Below are positions 37,701-50,805 of a stretch of 64,000 bases of DNA, piece by piece. A model generated the notes under the pieces. It saw nothing but the letters and a program-made list of their open reading frames with translations, searched no databases and was not told where the DNA came from. The stretch comes from Hydrolagus colliei (lineage: Eukaryota), in NCBI GenBank assembly GCA_035084275.1, contig CM068742.1, positions 96,286,001 through 96,350,000 of the forward strand. The letters run 5' to 3'. The position numbers and the translations under genes were made by a program. The first letter of the stretch is position 1. Each line of letters begins with the position of its first letter.

Positions 37701-40700
37701 CGTGCTAAACAATGTAGATGTGGGAATGGATTCATATTCTGAAGTCTTTGTTCCAACACCTTTAGGGTTCATAACATATCTCTCCTGTAAACACTTGGGA
37801 ATTGCCTCGACGATGTGATAAGACGCTATATTAAATGCAAGCGTTATTATTGCTAGTATTATTACTATTATTTCTTCAGGAGTCGGCAAGGTGAAGTCCT
37901 GTGTGGGGCAGGATTTGCATGAATGTAGAAAGTGCAGAGCTTGTTGGGCCGAATGTTTTTTTTCACAGATTTCCACTCAGTCACTTCATTCACCTCCTGG
38001 TAAGTTCTGTATAGATACTCAATAAACCCCAAAAGATAATAGCCACCCTTTCCTACAATCTCCAAGACCCAAACACAGCCTTCTCACTTGAGGCAAGTCG
38101 ACCCACTTAGCTCAGGACATTGGAGTATTTGTTCATCTCTATCCGCACTTTTTGCTAAATCCTCCAATATCATTCCCAAGCAAATACTTGTTGAGCTCTT
38201 TTTTGTAGGAGGTAATCGACGCAGTATGGATTGCCTTAGTTGGGAATCTGCTCACGTACAGCATAACTCTCGGTTAAAAGCTTTTTTCAATTTAGAACTA
38301 CGGCTCACAGAGATGCGTTGTTCTAATCTCATTTATAACAGTTCCAGTTTATAATAATAATCTTTGCATTTGATATAGAGCCTGATCACGTCTTCGAAAC
38401 GTCTTACAGCACTTGACAGAATATTCTGTAAAGTGAATTTACTTTACATTTTGTGGGCAAAACGGGGCAGTCAATTGCGCATAGTTGTGGATTCAGTGAC
38501 CAAATTATTATTATTTTATTTTAGTATTTATTTATTTGAAGGGATTATTACCGCTGGAAAAGTGATCCACCAATTGACTACTGGGTTCCTACTTGCTGCT
38601 AGGTAAAAAGAGGCATGTGGAATAAGGGAGCTTGCCCAAAGTTTTACTCGGTTTGGAAATCAAAACCAGATCCTCTTGCTTGCGAGGCGAGTGCTCCAAC
38701 CACTGCACTACAGGACTCCAGTTTAGAGGTTCTCTCTTCTGTTGCTTCTATCACATAGCACTGGCAGAAGCACTCACAACCCTGCAGTTAGCTTCTACTA
38801 CTCATCACTCAAAAGTGAGGATTTTGTGGCTGTCCAGTGGTGCAATTTTTTTTGCAGTGCTCGGCAACTGATGCTATTTTGGATGGAATTCTGCTCCTCT
38901 TTAATCACAGCCAGAGAGCAATGCAGCAAAGAAATAGACTGAATTTGGCACAACACATTAGAGGTATCTGCAGACCACACTACATATTCTGTAATTCTCT
39001 GCCGTCGACCACAATTAGAAATGAACGCAGCGGTTTGCGAGCACACACTGCTAGGCAAAGTCTGATCCTTCCAACTCACAACCAGCTGCTAAAATGCAAT
39101 AAGAAGGTGTCAATGAAATAGCTCAGTGTGAGACAATAAGAGAACTCACAAAATGCTCCATGTTTTGGTTCTTTTGGGCATACTATGTGCAGTAACTGGT
39201 TTCAAGATAACAAAACAACCGTATTCTTTCATTGCGTCACAGGAGGAAAAAATGGTTCTGTCCCCCCGTTTTGCTGTTGGTATTCGCACAATGTGAAAAT
39301 TGGAGAACCGATAATGGCTAGAACACAATACTTTGAATGTAAATATGCCTCCATTAACAGATGATCATTCTGATCTGCCTTTCTGGGTATTTTCCCTGGT
39401 TTGCATGTGCATGTAACCAAGAGAATACAGTTAACAAATGTTGCCATCTGCATGTCATGTGAGATTTGTGTTTTCATTGTGAGTTGTGCTCTGGTTGTAT
39501 TTGATCTTCTTATTCCGTGTGCTTTCCTCAAGCAATCCAGAGACTGAAAACATCAGAGCAAGCCCAGAAGCGTTTGTAATCTGAGCCTTCATATGGTCGG
39601 GTAGTTAAAAAAACGTCAGCAAGAAGTATTACTAAAATCAAAAATAAACCAAAGGCAATTTTCAGAGTGATGTGGGCTCCCCCAGGCCACTGGAAGATCT
39701 TGCAGTGCTTCTGCAAAATCATCAGGTTTGATTCTGCGGTCTGTTTACAACACTTGAAAGGTATCAAAACATGAAAGAGTTTTGAATTTCACGATTCATT
39801 CAGTTTACAGGTGGGGGAATTGCAACTACTTTTACAGAGTAAAACGCTGGCAATCCGTAATGGAAAGAGGTTCAATATCACATGATGAGGCATCTCCATT
39901 GGGAGTCAGATCACCCGTCATTACAGTCTCACAATGAAAAAGGCTGGTCCAAGAGGGCATCATAAATAGGATGCTATCTTTCATATATGTGCACAAATGG
40001 TACGATGATTTGAGACCCATTCCAAATACACAAAAACTCTACAAAAGCTTTATTTTCTCGTGCAGCGCTACCGAAATAAAGATAGCGGCAGTGGGAGAGA
40101 AAGCTGTTTGATATTCAGGCATCTTGTGGCCTCCACTGGCTACATTTCAAAAGACGCAATTGGGAAACAAATTAAATTGCTAAAGGCTTTGTGCCTTTGT
40201 GGTGAATCTTAGATCTTCATGTCATCAGCATGATTTCACATATGAAAGCGGGGAAGGACAGTCAAATCAGTCTATCTGCTTCACCATTGCTGTCCTTACT
40301 GCAGAATCCAAAACATAAAAGTGATATAATTGAGGAATTCTACCCTCCCTATATTTGAGGATGCCACATCTTTCTCTCATTTGCTTTATCTACAAGTTAT
40401 GTTCAGCATTAAATAATTCCTCATGAGTGCAGCATTTGAAAACCCACCAAAAATGCACTAAAAATATCCATACGGGAAAACGGCACAATTGTTCTAAAGA
40501 TTTGGGGGAAAAAAAGGATGAGACCCGCAATGCAGAAAAGCTGGGATGCAAAACAAATTATTCAGGCCCAAGGCATCACTAGAAAGTAACCAGAGAAATC
40601 AGAAGCAATGAAGATCTGAGTGACTAAAGTTGCGGTTGTTCAGACAGACAGTACCTTGTTGTTGTCCAAAGGGTCTTTGTGTGCGAACGCCTGCACAAAT

Positions 40701-43700
40701 TCCTCAGGTCCAATATGACTGAGACGTTCCTGGAGAAATAAGCAAAATGTCAACAATGCGTTCTTAGTTTATATGCCTGCCCCCACACACACAGCTCCAT
40801 GGTATTCACATATATTAATAATCACAAAATGTCTACAATGGAATGTGCATCATCAATAGTTTTCACTTTTGTGGAGCCTTTCACCTAAAAAAAATCAACA
40901 ATGTTTGTATTTTATAGAGCACCTTATCATAAGGACTACTCAAAGCTCTCAGGATTTTACTGTCAAGTGATTGTGTGTTCTGTACATGAACCCGGCAGCC
41001 AATAGTTATGTCCTACAAACAGCAATGAAGTGAGTGATCAACTTTATCTGGGGGATTGTTGGCCAGGATACTGGGAGAAACTGTTCTATTTTTGAATAGA
41101 GCAATGGGATCTTTCACAGCCACCTAAACAAGCAGACAAGACCCCAGTACAACATCTCAACCAAACGGCGGCACCTCCGACAACGCAGGATACCACAACA
41201 CTGCACTGGACCACCTAGACTACAAAGTCTCAGTTTAAAATAGAATAAACTTCCCATAGCACTTTGTAGTGAAGAGCACCAAAGAAAGGTTAGGAGTAAT
41301 GATCAAAGCAAGTTTTCAATTTTCAAGAGGGTTTTTGAGGCAGGATGAAAGGAAGTGAGATTTTAGAAGAATTACCAGATGACATGAATGCAGTGGCTGA
41401 AGGCTCAGCCACTAAAGGTGGGGCATAGGGAGTGAGAAAGAAGCAATAACCCAGAATTGGAGGAGTGAAAAGTACAGACAGGAGAGCCCTGATGGAGGAG
41501 AATGCAGAGTAGGTCAGGGTAAGACAGTGAAAGATTTAAAGGTCAAGAACAAGGAACTTAAAGCTGTTCTGCCGAGGTACTGTAAGCCGAGGGAACCTCA
41601 CATGAATGCTAGGGAGACCAGTGAAGAGAGCATGGGAGAATTCCAATCTTCGGGTGTTGAAGAAATATCACTAAGATTAGGATGAAAAATGTGGTATTGT
41701 GGAGGTTCAGTGGGGTAAATTAGTGTCCCTGTGTTACAGTTGGAGTCTGACAAAGAGACAATTTGCTGATTTTCATGCTTATTGACATGCAAAAGTAGCA
41801 CAGTGCATTGTTATTGAAGCTATTGTACAACCTTATACCTTTACATCCACACAACCTCTAAAGAATCCTCACATCTCTCCATTCGCTGCAGTATATTTAA
41901 CACAACTTCCCAAGGTTAGATTGATAATGAAATCATTGAGAGAAACAGACTCAGTATGTGATCGGATTAAATTCAACATTCAAAGGAAGGTCCCATATTT
42001 AGCAAGAGGCTTGATAGACATCCAGCTGTGGAGAGCCCAAAAGCAATTAGGGTAACAGGGAGAGAATGAAAAGGAAGGAGTGAAGAAGTACAGAAATGTA
42101 AGGTAAGCAGCAAATTATAATCACTGATAAGATGTCAGGGATGAAAAGCAGGGAATAAAAATAAAATAAAAAATAAGATGTGGTGGAGGAAGCCACCATT
42201 TTTCTGTAGAAATAACCTGTGTTTTGGAAGTCTGAATTACATCAGAACTCAGCAACAACTGAAATTATGCATCTCCTGTTAACATAAAGATTATGACAAA
42301 AGTGAACCGCTTTTGTATCTGGTCCATGGTAAGGATTCTCATCACATGTGTACCGCAGGTGATAGCTTGTGCTGTTTCATGGGCCAATGCACCAAAAACA
42401 ACAGGTGAAACCAGCAACAGGAGGTTAACAACAACAACAAAATTACATTTAGAGAGAAAGATTTCCACCAAAAACAGCAGATCTTCAAAAGCATCTTCAC
42501 ACTAATCGATAGCACACAGATACCATATCATCCCACCTTGAACTGATATCTGGGATGGGGTTTTGTTTGCTTGTCCAAACATTTGCGCTGTCTCATTCGA
42601 CAACAATCTCCCCAGATCTAAGGGAGAAGATAGAACCAAACAGCTGTTCCTTATTGCCAGATCTCTTCTCCATGTTATAACTCTCTATCCCTTATAGCTT
42701 TTTTTAAAAAAAACAATTTCCGTTGAATGAAATCCTACATATACCAAGCAAGGCAATAGAATTCGATAAGAAGCACGGTAATAATGTGATAATTGGCCAC
42801 AAAGCATAGTCTATGTTATGAATAGTAATCTTAGTGCATTCCTTCAGTACTGCTGCAGGGCAAATATATAATCAAATTGAACGCACGGGATAAGTAGGCA
42901 GCTGAGACAGCAGTCTACTGGGGAACATCTGCATTGGGTTTAGGAAGTGATACTGAATCAAGAATCCTTGTATGTTCCTAGTTGCAGATTTACAAAATAC
43001 CTCTACCTTAACAAAGAGATGTTTTGAAGACGTGATAAAGTGCTATATCAAATGCAAGGATTATTATTATAATTATAAGAGAGCTCCATTACTTTGCAAT
43101 CCTGGCGTTACAGAGGCCAATGGAGTTAGTCAATGTGGCCCGTCCTGCCTTACTGTTTGCAGGAACTCTTCCAACCAATTATTAAACCAAGTTCTTGATG
43201 TAGCCCTTATAAAAGGTGTCAGTCTAGTTCAGCTGGCAGCATTCTCACCTCTGAGACAGGAGGTTGTGAGTTTCAAGTCCTATGTCAACACAATGTTGAA
43301 GGAACACTGCATTATTAGAGGTGTCTTCCTCCAGATGAAATATCTCAAATGCTTCACATGATTCATTGTAAGGTGTAGTGACTACTATCACCAATTTTGC
43401 TCATAACAATGTTCAATAAACAGACATGAAGTGAATGACTAATTTTATCTGGGGGGTTGTTAAGTCAATGACACTGTGACAAACATCCTTCTCTTTTCGA
43501 GGAGTGCCATGGGACCTTAAACATCTACCTGCACTGGCAGATCTCAAGTCTCATCTGAAGGGCAGCACCTCTGACAATACAACATTCCCCAAAGACCATT
43601 AGCTGAGACAATGAGTTGAAAGCCCCGACATGTTGTTCGGAGCTCCGACCTTCTGATTCAAACGATATCTTCATCCTAAAACATTAAACAGTCATTTTCA

Positions 43701-46700
43701 GCAAGTTTTTCCTACAAAAGCTTAGGAGATACTATAAAATCATCCTGCAAACACAAACCACATAAGAATAGGGAATAGAGGCTTTCACTAAAAATGAGTG
43801 AAAAACACCATCATAACCAAAGAAAAATAACAAAAAGAGGGGAAAAAGAAGCACCTAGATGCACTCTGGTACATTGTAAGATATTATAGTAATAATGCAT
43901 AAAACACTCACTAGTTCTATATGAGTTAGCTGCTGGGCCAAAGTATAAGGATCATTGCAGATGGTCACTACATCCCTCTGAATAGACTGGGGTTTGGTCT
44001 TTAGGACGGTCAATCTATCAGTGACGGATGCATTTAATTTTGACAGAACTTCTTCATACTGGTTAAGGGTGGTGAGCTTCCGGATCAGACTCTGAGTCAT
44101 CTGGTGCATAGTTTTCCGATGCAACTGTAAGAAAAGAAAACAAATATATTGGTAAAAATATCTTGTGATCAAGCTAATCACTCGGTGAATGTGTCCTGTA
44201 TATATTCTAAAGTGACCAGTACTTTATAACTCCAGGAGGTCAGGATATTGAATCCGGCTACAACAACAACAACAATTTCATTTATATAGCCCCTTTCACG
44301 TCAGGAGGACATCTCTACATGAAACATACTGATAAATGCAGGCTTTGTAGCATTGGCAACAATGTAGCCTGGGTACACAAGATGAGATATCTTACACTGT
44401 GGAGGCTGAAACAAAATACAAGCCTGGTTAAAAAATCTCTAAAATAGAGCAATCATCAGGTCCAATAACCTGCACCAAATGCAGGATTTCTAAATGGATG
44501 AATTAACAAGAAATCAAAGGACCCCAACTAAAGATTCCCTCTGAAAACTGGACTAACACCCTACTAACCTACAGTCACAGTTATCAGCAGGAATTGTAAT
44601 GTGAAAGTTTGTCCTAGCCGTTGGAAGACGTCCCAAGGCATTGCAGTTTTGGCACCTTGGAACGTAATCCTGACGTGGAAAGCACCATGCAAATACACTT
44701 TGTTTTTGTTGTTGTTGAGTACCCATAAAACTGGACTATTCCAAATTTGTCAATGCCATATGCTAGAGCTAATAAGGATGTATGTAGACATCTTGTGTTA
44801 CAAAAAATATTGTGTTGTTGAATACAATTTATGTTTATATAGCACATTTCATGTCGGGAGGATATCTCCAAGTGCTTCACATGGCAAAATTTCCGAGAGC
44901 AGTATGCATTTTCTGATATTAAGAAGTTACGAGTTTCGAACAAATGAGCAGCAGTATCCTAGTCATCAGCTCAAACACAAGAAAGGTCATGGTTATTAAG
45001 GTGTAAGAATCTGTTATCACACTAATGTTCTTAAGGGTACTGTTAAAATCCATTTGAAATGCTACCCTGTTATTTTTGGATTCCTTTCCTTTCTGTGAGG
45101 CAATCTAATGCTGCATTGTGAATGCCTAGCCATCTGCTTGCAACAGTGGGCCAGCTAAGAAGTAACAAAGCTCTTTGCATCCTACGGAGAGCGGGTTAGA
45201 ATAATCATCTCCACCAGGGACAGAACCTTTATAACAGCATGTGATCTACCACTGTACTGCTATGCTAGTTCACTTCAGTTAGTCTCTATCACTTGGCTTG
45301 TACTACAAATGGAACCATCCAGTCCAACTTTTTTTTAAATCAAACTAAACTACAATTGACTGTGCATGTATAAAAGCCAATGTAATAATAATAATCCTTG
45401 CATTTGATATAGTGTCTTATCACGTCTTCTAGATGTCTCAATGCGCTTCACAGAATATACTGCAAAGCAAATTGATTGTATATTTTATGTGGGCGAAATG
45501 GGGCAGTAGTGTCTCACACAGTCATGGATCGATTATTTTTTTTATGGAAAGAATTATTACAGCAATCTGCTTATCGACTAACAACCAAGTTCCTGCTTAT
45601 TGCTAGGCAAACAGGTGTGTGGAGCAAGGAAACTTGCCCAATGTTTCACAGGTCTCTCGCTTGTGAGCAAGTGCTATAAACACTGAACTCGTGAAATAAT
45701 GTAACAGGAATTTTCTCACTCACCTAAGACTTTAGGGACATGTAAATCTTGACAATGATGAGTATAGACAATGCAACATGGGACTGACTGCCTGTAATAA
45801 CCAGCGTAATCCATTGCTTTCAAAAGGAATCATAGATTTGTTTACTTTGGCTTAATAGCTAGCCTCAGCTTCAATGCGTCACTTTCATAATAACAGTGGG
45901 ATAAAATAACAGGGCTACAAACAACTGTGTAAAAATACCAACTGGGTAAACAGATGTGTGCTTCTATTTCTGGTTTATTTTCCAAGTCACCATTTGCAGC
46001 TGAAAGAGGTCAACATAGATAAAAGTCTGTGCTGCGTTAGTTATAACAAGACAAGCTCCCAGGGAAACAAAGGCCATTGTTCACAACGTGCTCACTACAC
46101 AGCGAGCGAGTTACTGTTGTTGACAGATCAATGAAAGGGTCAGGATCCAGTTGGCTTTCACCATTCAGTGCTGCTCTGTTCAGTATGAAAGAAACCACTT
46201 GGAGGAGAATATAATTTAGTTAAAACACTGGATAAAATGACAAGATACAAATCCAACCTGACCCAAAGTTTGATAACATCATATGTGGTTAGTCAACAAC
46301 AACAAAATTACATTTGTATAGCACCTTTCATGTCAGTAGGGCTTCCCAAGTCAGCAGATTAATGTTGTAGGGCTTCCTAAGTCAGCAGATTCAACAATGC
46401 AGCCCTTGGGTCTCAAGTACTGAAATGTTATAAATAGCCTCAATATTGGAACAGATTTTATTGTGCACCATTCATCTCAGTATTATTTATGAAAAAAGTC
46501 CAGAACTACAAATTTGTTCAGAATAAACAACTAATTACAGTCATGTTATCGACCTATTTTTAAGTTCTATGCATTTCATAACCATAAAATAACTCTTTGT
46601 TGCTATCTTTGTTTTCTTCATATCTTTGCTGCAGTTACCCTCCCATGCTGGTACTGTATATAGTTCCACAGGCAATACAGTTCCCTGTACCTGGCCCAAA

Positions 46701-49700
46701 GGGCAATTTTGCCCACAAATATACAGTCAATTCACTTTACAATATATTCCCTGAAGCACTTTGAGACCTCGATAAGATGTGAAAAGCGCTATATCAAATG
46801 CAAGGATTAATATTATTATTTCTTCATGTATAAGCCTGGACCAGCAATACTAAAAATGACTTGTTTGGGGTTTATCTCAAGCAGTCACATCTACCTCGGA
46901 TAGGGTTGGAAAGTAAAATATGCTAGATATTGTGACTTGTCTTAATATTTTATTGAACTGTATGAATTACACTTACAATAATTCTAATAAAAACCCTTGC
47001 AGTGAAGGAAGACATCTAAAAGTGCCTCAAGAAATTTACTACAGTGACTGTGATTTTGTAAACCAACACAAGTGAATTAAAATAGCTTAAGAAATGCAGG
47101 ATTTTTGTGCATATCTTAAGGGGGATGGACCTATAGGAATAAACTTCAAATTAATTTAATATCTGAATGTGTCCAAATTTGTTCCACTTAAGTTCATATT
47201 TGGAAGGCACAAAGCTGGTCAAGGTGCGGGCATGTGCAACTTAATGTATTTTGGGATTCTAGCTGTGAAGATTGAAAAATGCTAAAGGAATCTGAAATTG
47301 AAAATATAAATGAATCTGAATGCAGAATGGAATTCACCTAAAAAGTCCTCACTTTTAATCTCCAGAATCCTCATTTCCAAAAGCCTTTGTACCATGAAAA
47401 TATATGGATTGTGTCTTTTTTTCTGAGAACAATTTCTCTTTTAACTTAGTAGAACTGAATTCCTAATAAATAATTGATGTCGACATACATTTAATTGATC
47501 AGTGTTTATCTTAATGATTAATAATAACAAACAGTGCCAACGTGAGCCTAGTCTATCATTAACCTCAAGGTTAAAATGTGTGTCTGGGAATGATAATTAT
47601 CGGCTGAAATTAGTTTTGCTGTGTTTCATTATGAGACGACTGTAGCCTCCAGCACATGTGGACACAATTTCTATTGCCTTGGGGGGAGATCAGATGCCTC
47701 TATAAATATAAAGATATAAGGATATACAGTATGTGATCTCCTCAAACCCTACTGTCCCAGCCGCTCCCTTTGCTCAGTGAGCACAGGCCTGCTTCATGAT
47801 CCCACTCTTCTTGCCACACCATCTTGCTGCCCCACTCTCTGGAAATCTCAGTTTCATCTTAACACCTATCTGTTTACCCATGCTTTTGGTTATTTGTCTC
47901 CTCCCCACTCTCTCTTCTCCCATCCCCAGCTCAGCTAGCTAGTACTCTCAAGTGCTTTGGGATGTCCTCTTGACGTGAAAGGCATTATATAAATGTAAAT
48001 TTATAACATATTGGAAAATCACCATAGGTACATGAATCCATGCAGATCAGTTATAATGGAAATGAAGGACTCAGGCTGGCAGTGGAAGCTCTTATAAGTT
48101 TCTGCAGCTTCAGAGGAATGTCTTGCATTAATCTGTGTCTATCATTGAAGAATAAGCCTCAAAGATTTTGCTTTGTTACTCATCTTTGCATCGGGCTTTA
48201 AAAAACAGTTGTACCCTTTCGATCTCATTTGCAGAACTCAAAATGTAAGTTTGATGTGAAAAATAATAATAAGCATTATTTTTCTTGATGAAGTCAGAAA
48301 AAAACTAAGTATGAGCACATCTTCCCTTTTCCATATTCAGTTCACTTGCTTGAGTGAGAGATTTTCCCTCCCACTTCTCCCCTTCTTCTCCTCTCAAGTA
48401 AACAATGCAAAATCACCATTAGTTATCACTTTACCATTCAAACAATGTTTGCAAAACAAACTAACCTCATCCAAAGTCGCTATTTTGTGGGTCATGTCCT
48501 TTAGATTTCTCATCATCCTTTCATCCCGAAAATCATAGGGGAATGTTTCAGTCCATTCAATCAACAGCTGCACTATTTTTGGTGTAAATTTTCTTATTTT
48601 GCCCTGCAAACAGACATTAGATTGCATGTAATTATAGTACTTATGGTGATGATAGATCGAAACGCAGGATGTAACAACATTTATTTTATCTCAAGGACAA
48701 CATTGGCATAGCGTAATTGTTAGGCTTGACACACTGTTAGGTACTTAACAACCCTTCTTTCATTAAAAATTAAGCCAAAAAATTGCTTTTAGCATATAAA
48801 TGGAAATCTCATTGCATTAATTATGAGAAATAAAACCTAAAAAATTATTGATGTTTGCAGTCAGCAGTCTCCAACAAACAGAAGGCCTCGCTCGATAATC
48901 TCACCTTATCTAAAAGTGCCTCATTCAGTCTCTGTTGTTCAATACACATTAGGCAAATCTTCGCCAAGAGCTCATAAGGCCGAATGAAGAGACGGGAACT
49001 AAGCAAAAAGGTAAATATATACGTTCTCTGGGGGAGAAAGGTAAAGAGAAGTTAGTAAACACAAGAAATCACACTTTGAAGTACTTTTAAGTACCATCAA
49101 TGGCCAGTTATTCTAATTTAAATTTAAAGGGTTAGCTTATTCTGGTCACTAAAAATAGCGGGCTGTTCACTATTTTTAGCATTCTGCGTAAATTAAACTT
49201 GAATGATTCAGTGAGGATTACGATGAATAATCTTAAAGGAAAGAAATATAAATTATAAATGGAATTACCGTACTTGTTCAGAACACACCATTTTTTTGGT
49301 CTTTTATGTGTGCAACTCTTGTTTCAACTATATTGTGGATAAAGTTTGCATTGCTTCATACAATTGGAAACAGATTATGAAACATGATAATTGACACTAG
49401 GAATGTGCACTGAAGTCTCCAAAAAATTATCCCATATCTTTTTCCTTCTGCACATGCTTTCCACTCTCCCCAGTGGCAGTGTGTGTAGCTAATCCACTTC
49501 CAGGACCTCAATGAATCTAACTAATTGTGTACTAGAACCCAATCTTGCACCTCTTTACATTGTTACAGCAAAAACTGTAAGATCAAGTGATAGTTTAAAA
49601 CCCATTTAAGGGATTAAATGAACAAAAAAGTATAAATTGCACTTTTCCCAAGTCTTATCTGCAGCTTCTTTTATTTCTTATTCTACACATTTTGAACATA

Positions 49701-50805
49701 ATCAACTCTTTTGAAAAAAAAGGAATATGAAGGGTATGGTAAGTGAACATGTGTTAAATTACAACATTCATATGGGGGGAAAAAAAGCATCGGAAAAAAA
49801 GTGCAGGATTGGTAGATAAGTGGCCTGTTTCTGTACTACAAAATTCCATGATGCAATGAAAATGGCTCTTGAATGATCTGGTACAATCCCGGTGCAATCC
49901 CCATCAAGTATGTTTTTCCACCAGGATGCACCACTGATAATCATCCAATGCTGTATAACACAGCTTTGGAACTCTACTCTTGAACACTTCAGTTCTACTT
50001 GTTATGCCTTGGGTTTCTCCTCAGAGTATACAACCATGCTCTGTAAACAAATGACATTTCTATGGGCATCTGCCATAATTACATTTCTGGTTTAAACTTT
50101 GCTTTTCATTTACTCAGTCTGTGCTATGGTTGATAGTTCATCTTCTAACGCTTTCTCTCAACAAAATTTGGGTGTTCCTCATTAAAACTGTTCTCCCTCC
50201 TGGGTTGCTCCTTCCCAATATCAGTGTCACTGTTCACTCATTATCCCATTTTACTGGACTTCCCTTCCCACAATGTAGGACTGCCTAATGCAACTAGCAA
50301 ACTGTTCTGGGCACTGTGTTGTCTGTATGGTGTGTATCTGTATGGTGCTTATATCAGTGTCAGGAGCCATATTATCTTTGGTGAATTGTGGTTCCAAAAT
50401 GACTTTGGAAATTAATTTTCCTACATTAATGTAGGAAATAACCTAGCTATGCTAGCGAGAGAGGAGAAGGGAACAGAATTGAGTAGCATGATGGCTCATA
50501 TGAAGTACAAACACGAACATGGACTAGTTGGTCCAAATCGTATGTTTCCGTGCAGTGCAGTATATGTAAAATCTATATAAGAACTGTGTCTGATACAAAA
50601 CATGGAAACTCAGCTGAGTCAAACGTACATCAGGGTAGTAGTCAATTGTAGGCACAAGGTGCTGGATTAGCGCCTCCAGTGATCCCGAAACAAGGTTGTT
50701 CTCATGGTAAAACAGGCCCCCGCAGTTGTCCTCTTTCAATAAGTACAGGTGCCGATTGTAACCTCGACTGTTGAACATAGTTGCAAAGGTTCTTGTTTGT
50801 GGCAT
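19340..50805 (-). CDS. RASGEF1B: RasGEF domain family member 1B, spliced CDS span (13 coding exons, 1419 nt, 472 aa; N-terminal REM domain plus CDC25-type RasGEF domain)
   Basis: Exons read manually join in frame with GT-AG boundaries: [21 protein letters not shown]...[13 protein letters not shown]...[21 protein letters not shown]...[13 protein letters not shown]...[14 protein letters not shown]...[25 protein letters not shown]...[19 protein letters not shown]...[32 protein letters not shown]. From recall, the N- and C-termini fit 1B better than 1A or 1C. Confidence 0.95.
20500..20572 (-). CDS. RASGEF1B: RASGEF1B coding exon 12, (A)[23 protein letters not shown](R)
   Basis: ttttcctcag acceptor, AG|gtagat donor; 73 nt. 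Confidence 0.95.
20885..21585. mobile_element. Tigger/pogo-type non-autonomous element with a long internal inverted repeat
   Basis: TA|CAGTAGAAGCTCATTTAT ... ATAAATGGGCTTTTACTG|TA; transposase-like N-terminus [20 protein letters not shown]. Confidence 0.88.
22071..22690 (-). mobile_element. L2 3' fragment
   Basis: [20 protein letters not shown]...GGRAFS in ORF 22191..22565; (CAA)n tail on the + strand. Confidence 0.9.
24266..24389 (-). CDS. RASGEF1B: RASGEF1B coding exon 11, [41 protein letters not shown]
   Basis: ttccttcag acceptor, G|gtaagt donor; 124 nt. Confidence 0.95.
24962..25246 (-). mobile_element. tRNA-SINE
   Basis: Reverse complement of the family consensus. Confidence 0.9.
25955..26050 (-). 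CDS. RASGEF1B: RASGEF1B coding exon 10, [32 protein letters not shown]
   Basis: tttggacag acceptor, GAG|gtgagt donor; 96 nt. Confidence 0.95.
26165..26620 (-). mobile_element. Old L2 3' fragment
   Basis: CAA tail, tail stem-loop remnant and degenerate purine-rich ORF2 antisense sequence. Confidence 0.6.
28231..28326 (-). CDS. RASGEF1B: RASGEF1B coding exon 9, [32 protein letters not shown]
   Basis: ttttatgtag acceptor, AAG|gtaagt donor; 96 nt. Confidence 0.95.
28691..29222 (-). mobile_element. Nested SINEs: a young copy (28782-29092) inside an older copy
   Basis: Order is tail / full SINE / body. Confidence 0.9.
29515..29594 (-). CDS. RASGEF1B: RASGEF1B coding exon 8, (S)[26 protein letters not shown]
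   Basis: ctttttcag acceptor, GAG|gtaggc donor; 80 nt. Confidence 0.95.
30200..31180 (-). mobile_element. L2 3' fragment (second tail subfamily) covering the RT YxDD motif to the 3' end
   Basis: MYVDDTQLY region, [24 protein letters not shown]; tail at 30200-30254. Confidence 0.9.
31719..31780. repeat. (TA)n microsatellite with two GA interruptions
   Basis: Read directly. Confidence 0.95.
31930..32765 (+). mobile_element. L2 3' fragment
   Basis: ORF 31930..32835: LNKDKT, NLGIRFD, AAETLV, WIDFKIL, GRAFS; tail at about 32705-32765. Confidence 0.9.
33175..33720 (-). mobile_element. Degenerate L2 3' fragment
   Basis: [11 protein letters not shown]; gggagccagtgaag (LHWLP antisense); tail at 33175-33220. 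Confidence 0.75.
34664..34766 (-). CDS. RASGEF1B: RASGEF1B coding exon 7, [34 protein letters not shown]
   Basis: cactcacag acceptor, T|gtgagt donor; 103 nt, ends in phase 1. Confidence 0.95.
34922..35017 (-). CDS. RASGEF1B: RASGEF1B coding exon 6, [32 protein letters not shown]
   Basis: cgttacag acceptor, ATG|gtgagt donor; 96 nt. Confidence 0.95.
36884..37670. mobile_element. Complete non-autonomous hAT element (MITE)
   Basis: TIRs TAGGGTCCG(G/T)CGATAT; perfect 8-bp TSD GTGGAGGG at 36876-36883 and 37671-37678; subterminal CGATAT/ATATCG arrays; G-rich minisatellite core. Confidence 0.95.
38350..38718 (-). mobile_element. tRNA-SINE, long subfamily
   Basis: Head ends ...ctacaggactc; extra ctgggttcctacttgctgctaggtaa segment present. 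Confidence 0.88.
40655..40729 (-). CDS. RASGEF1B: RASGEF1B coding exon 5, [25 protein letters not shown]
   Basis: tttctccag acceptor, AAG|gtactg donor; 75 nt. Confidence 0.95.
41270..41750 (-). mobile_element. Old L2 fragment
   Basis: Degenerate antisense of the L2 C-terminus (gtggctgaaggctcagccac, gatttaaaggtcaag). Confidence 0.55.
43912..44124 (-). CDS. RASGEF1B: RASGEF1B coding exon 4, LHRKTMHQ...LTHIEL
   Basis: ttcttacag acceptor, CTA|gtgagt donor; 213 nt; lies in ORF 43855..44181. Confidence 0.95.
45384..45690 (-). mobile_element. tRNA-SINE, long subfamily
   Basis: Tail, body and degenerate head present. Confidence 0.85.
48466..48603 (-). CDS. RASGEF1B: RASGEF1B coding exon 3, GKIRKFTPK...ATLDE
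   Basis: tttgcag acceptor, GAG|gttag donor; 138 nt; lies in ORF 48394..48627. Confidence 0.95.
48905..49027 (-). CDS. RASGEF1B: RASGEF1B coding exon 2, [41 protein letters not shown]
   Basis: ctttctcccccag acceptor, AAG|gtgag donor; 123 nt; too short to appear in the ORF track. Confidence 0.95.
50629..50805 (-). CDS. RASGEF1B: RASGEF1B coding exon 1 (gene exon 2; the exon extends to 50811 with a 6-nt UTR, GAAAGC), MPQT...DYYPD
   Basis: tttaaacag|GAAAGC ATG at 50811/50805; donor GAT|gtacgt at 50629; 177 nt. Confidence 0.95.
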
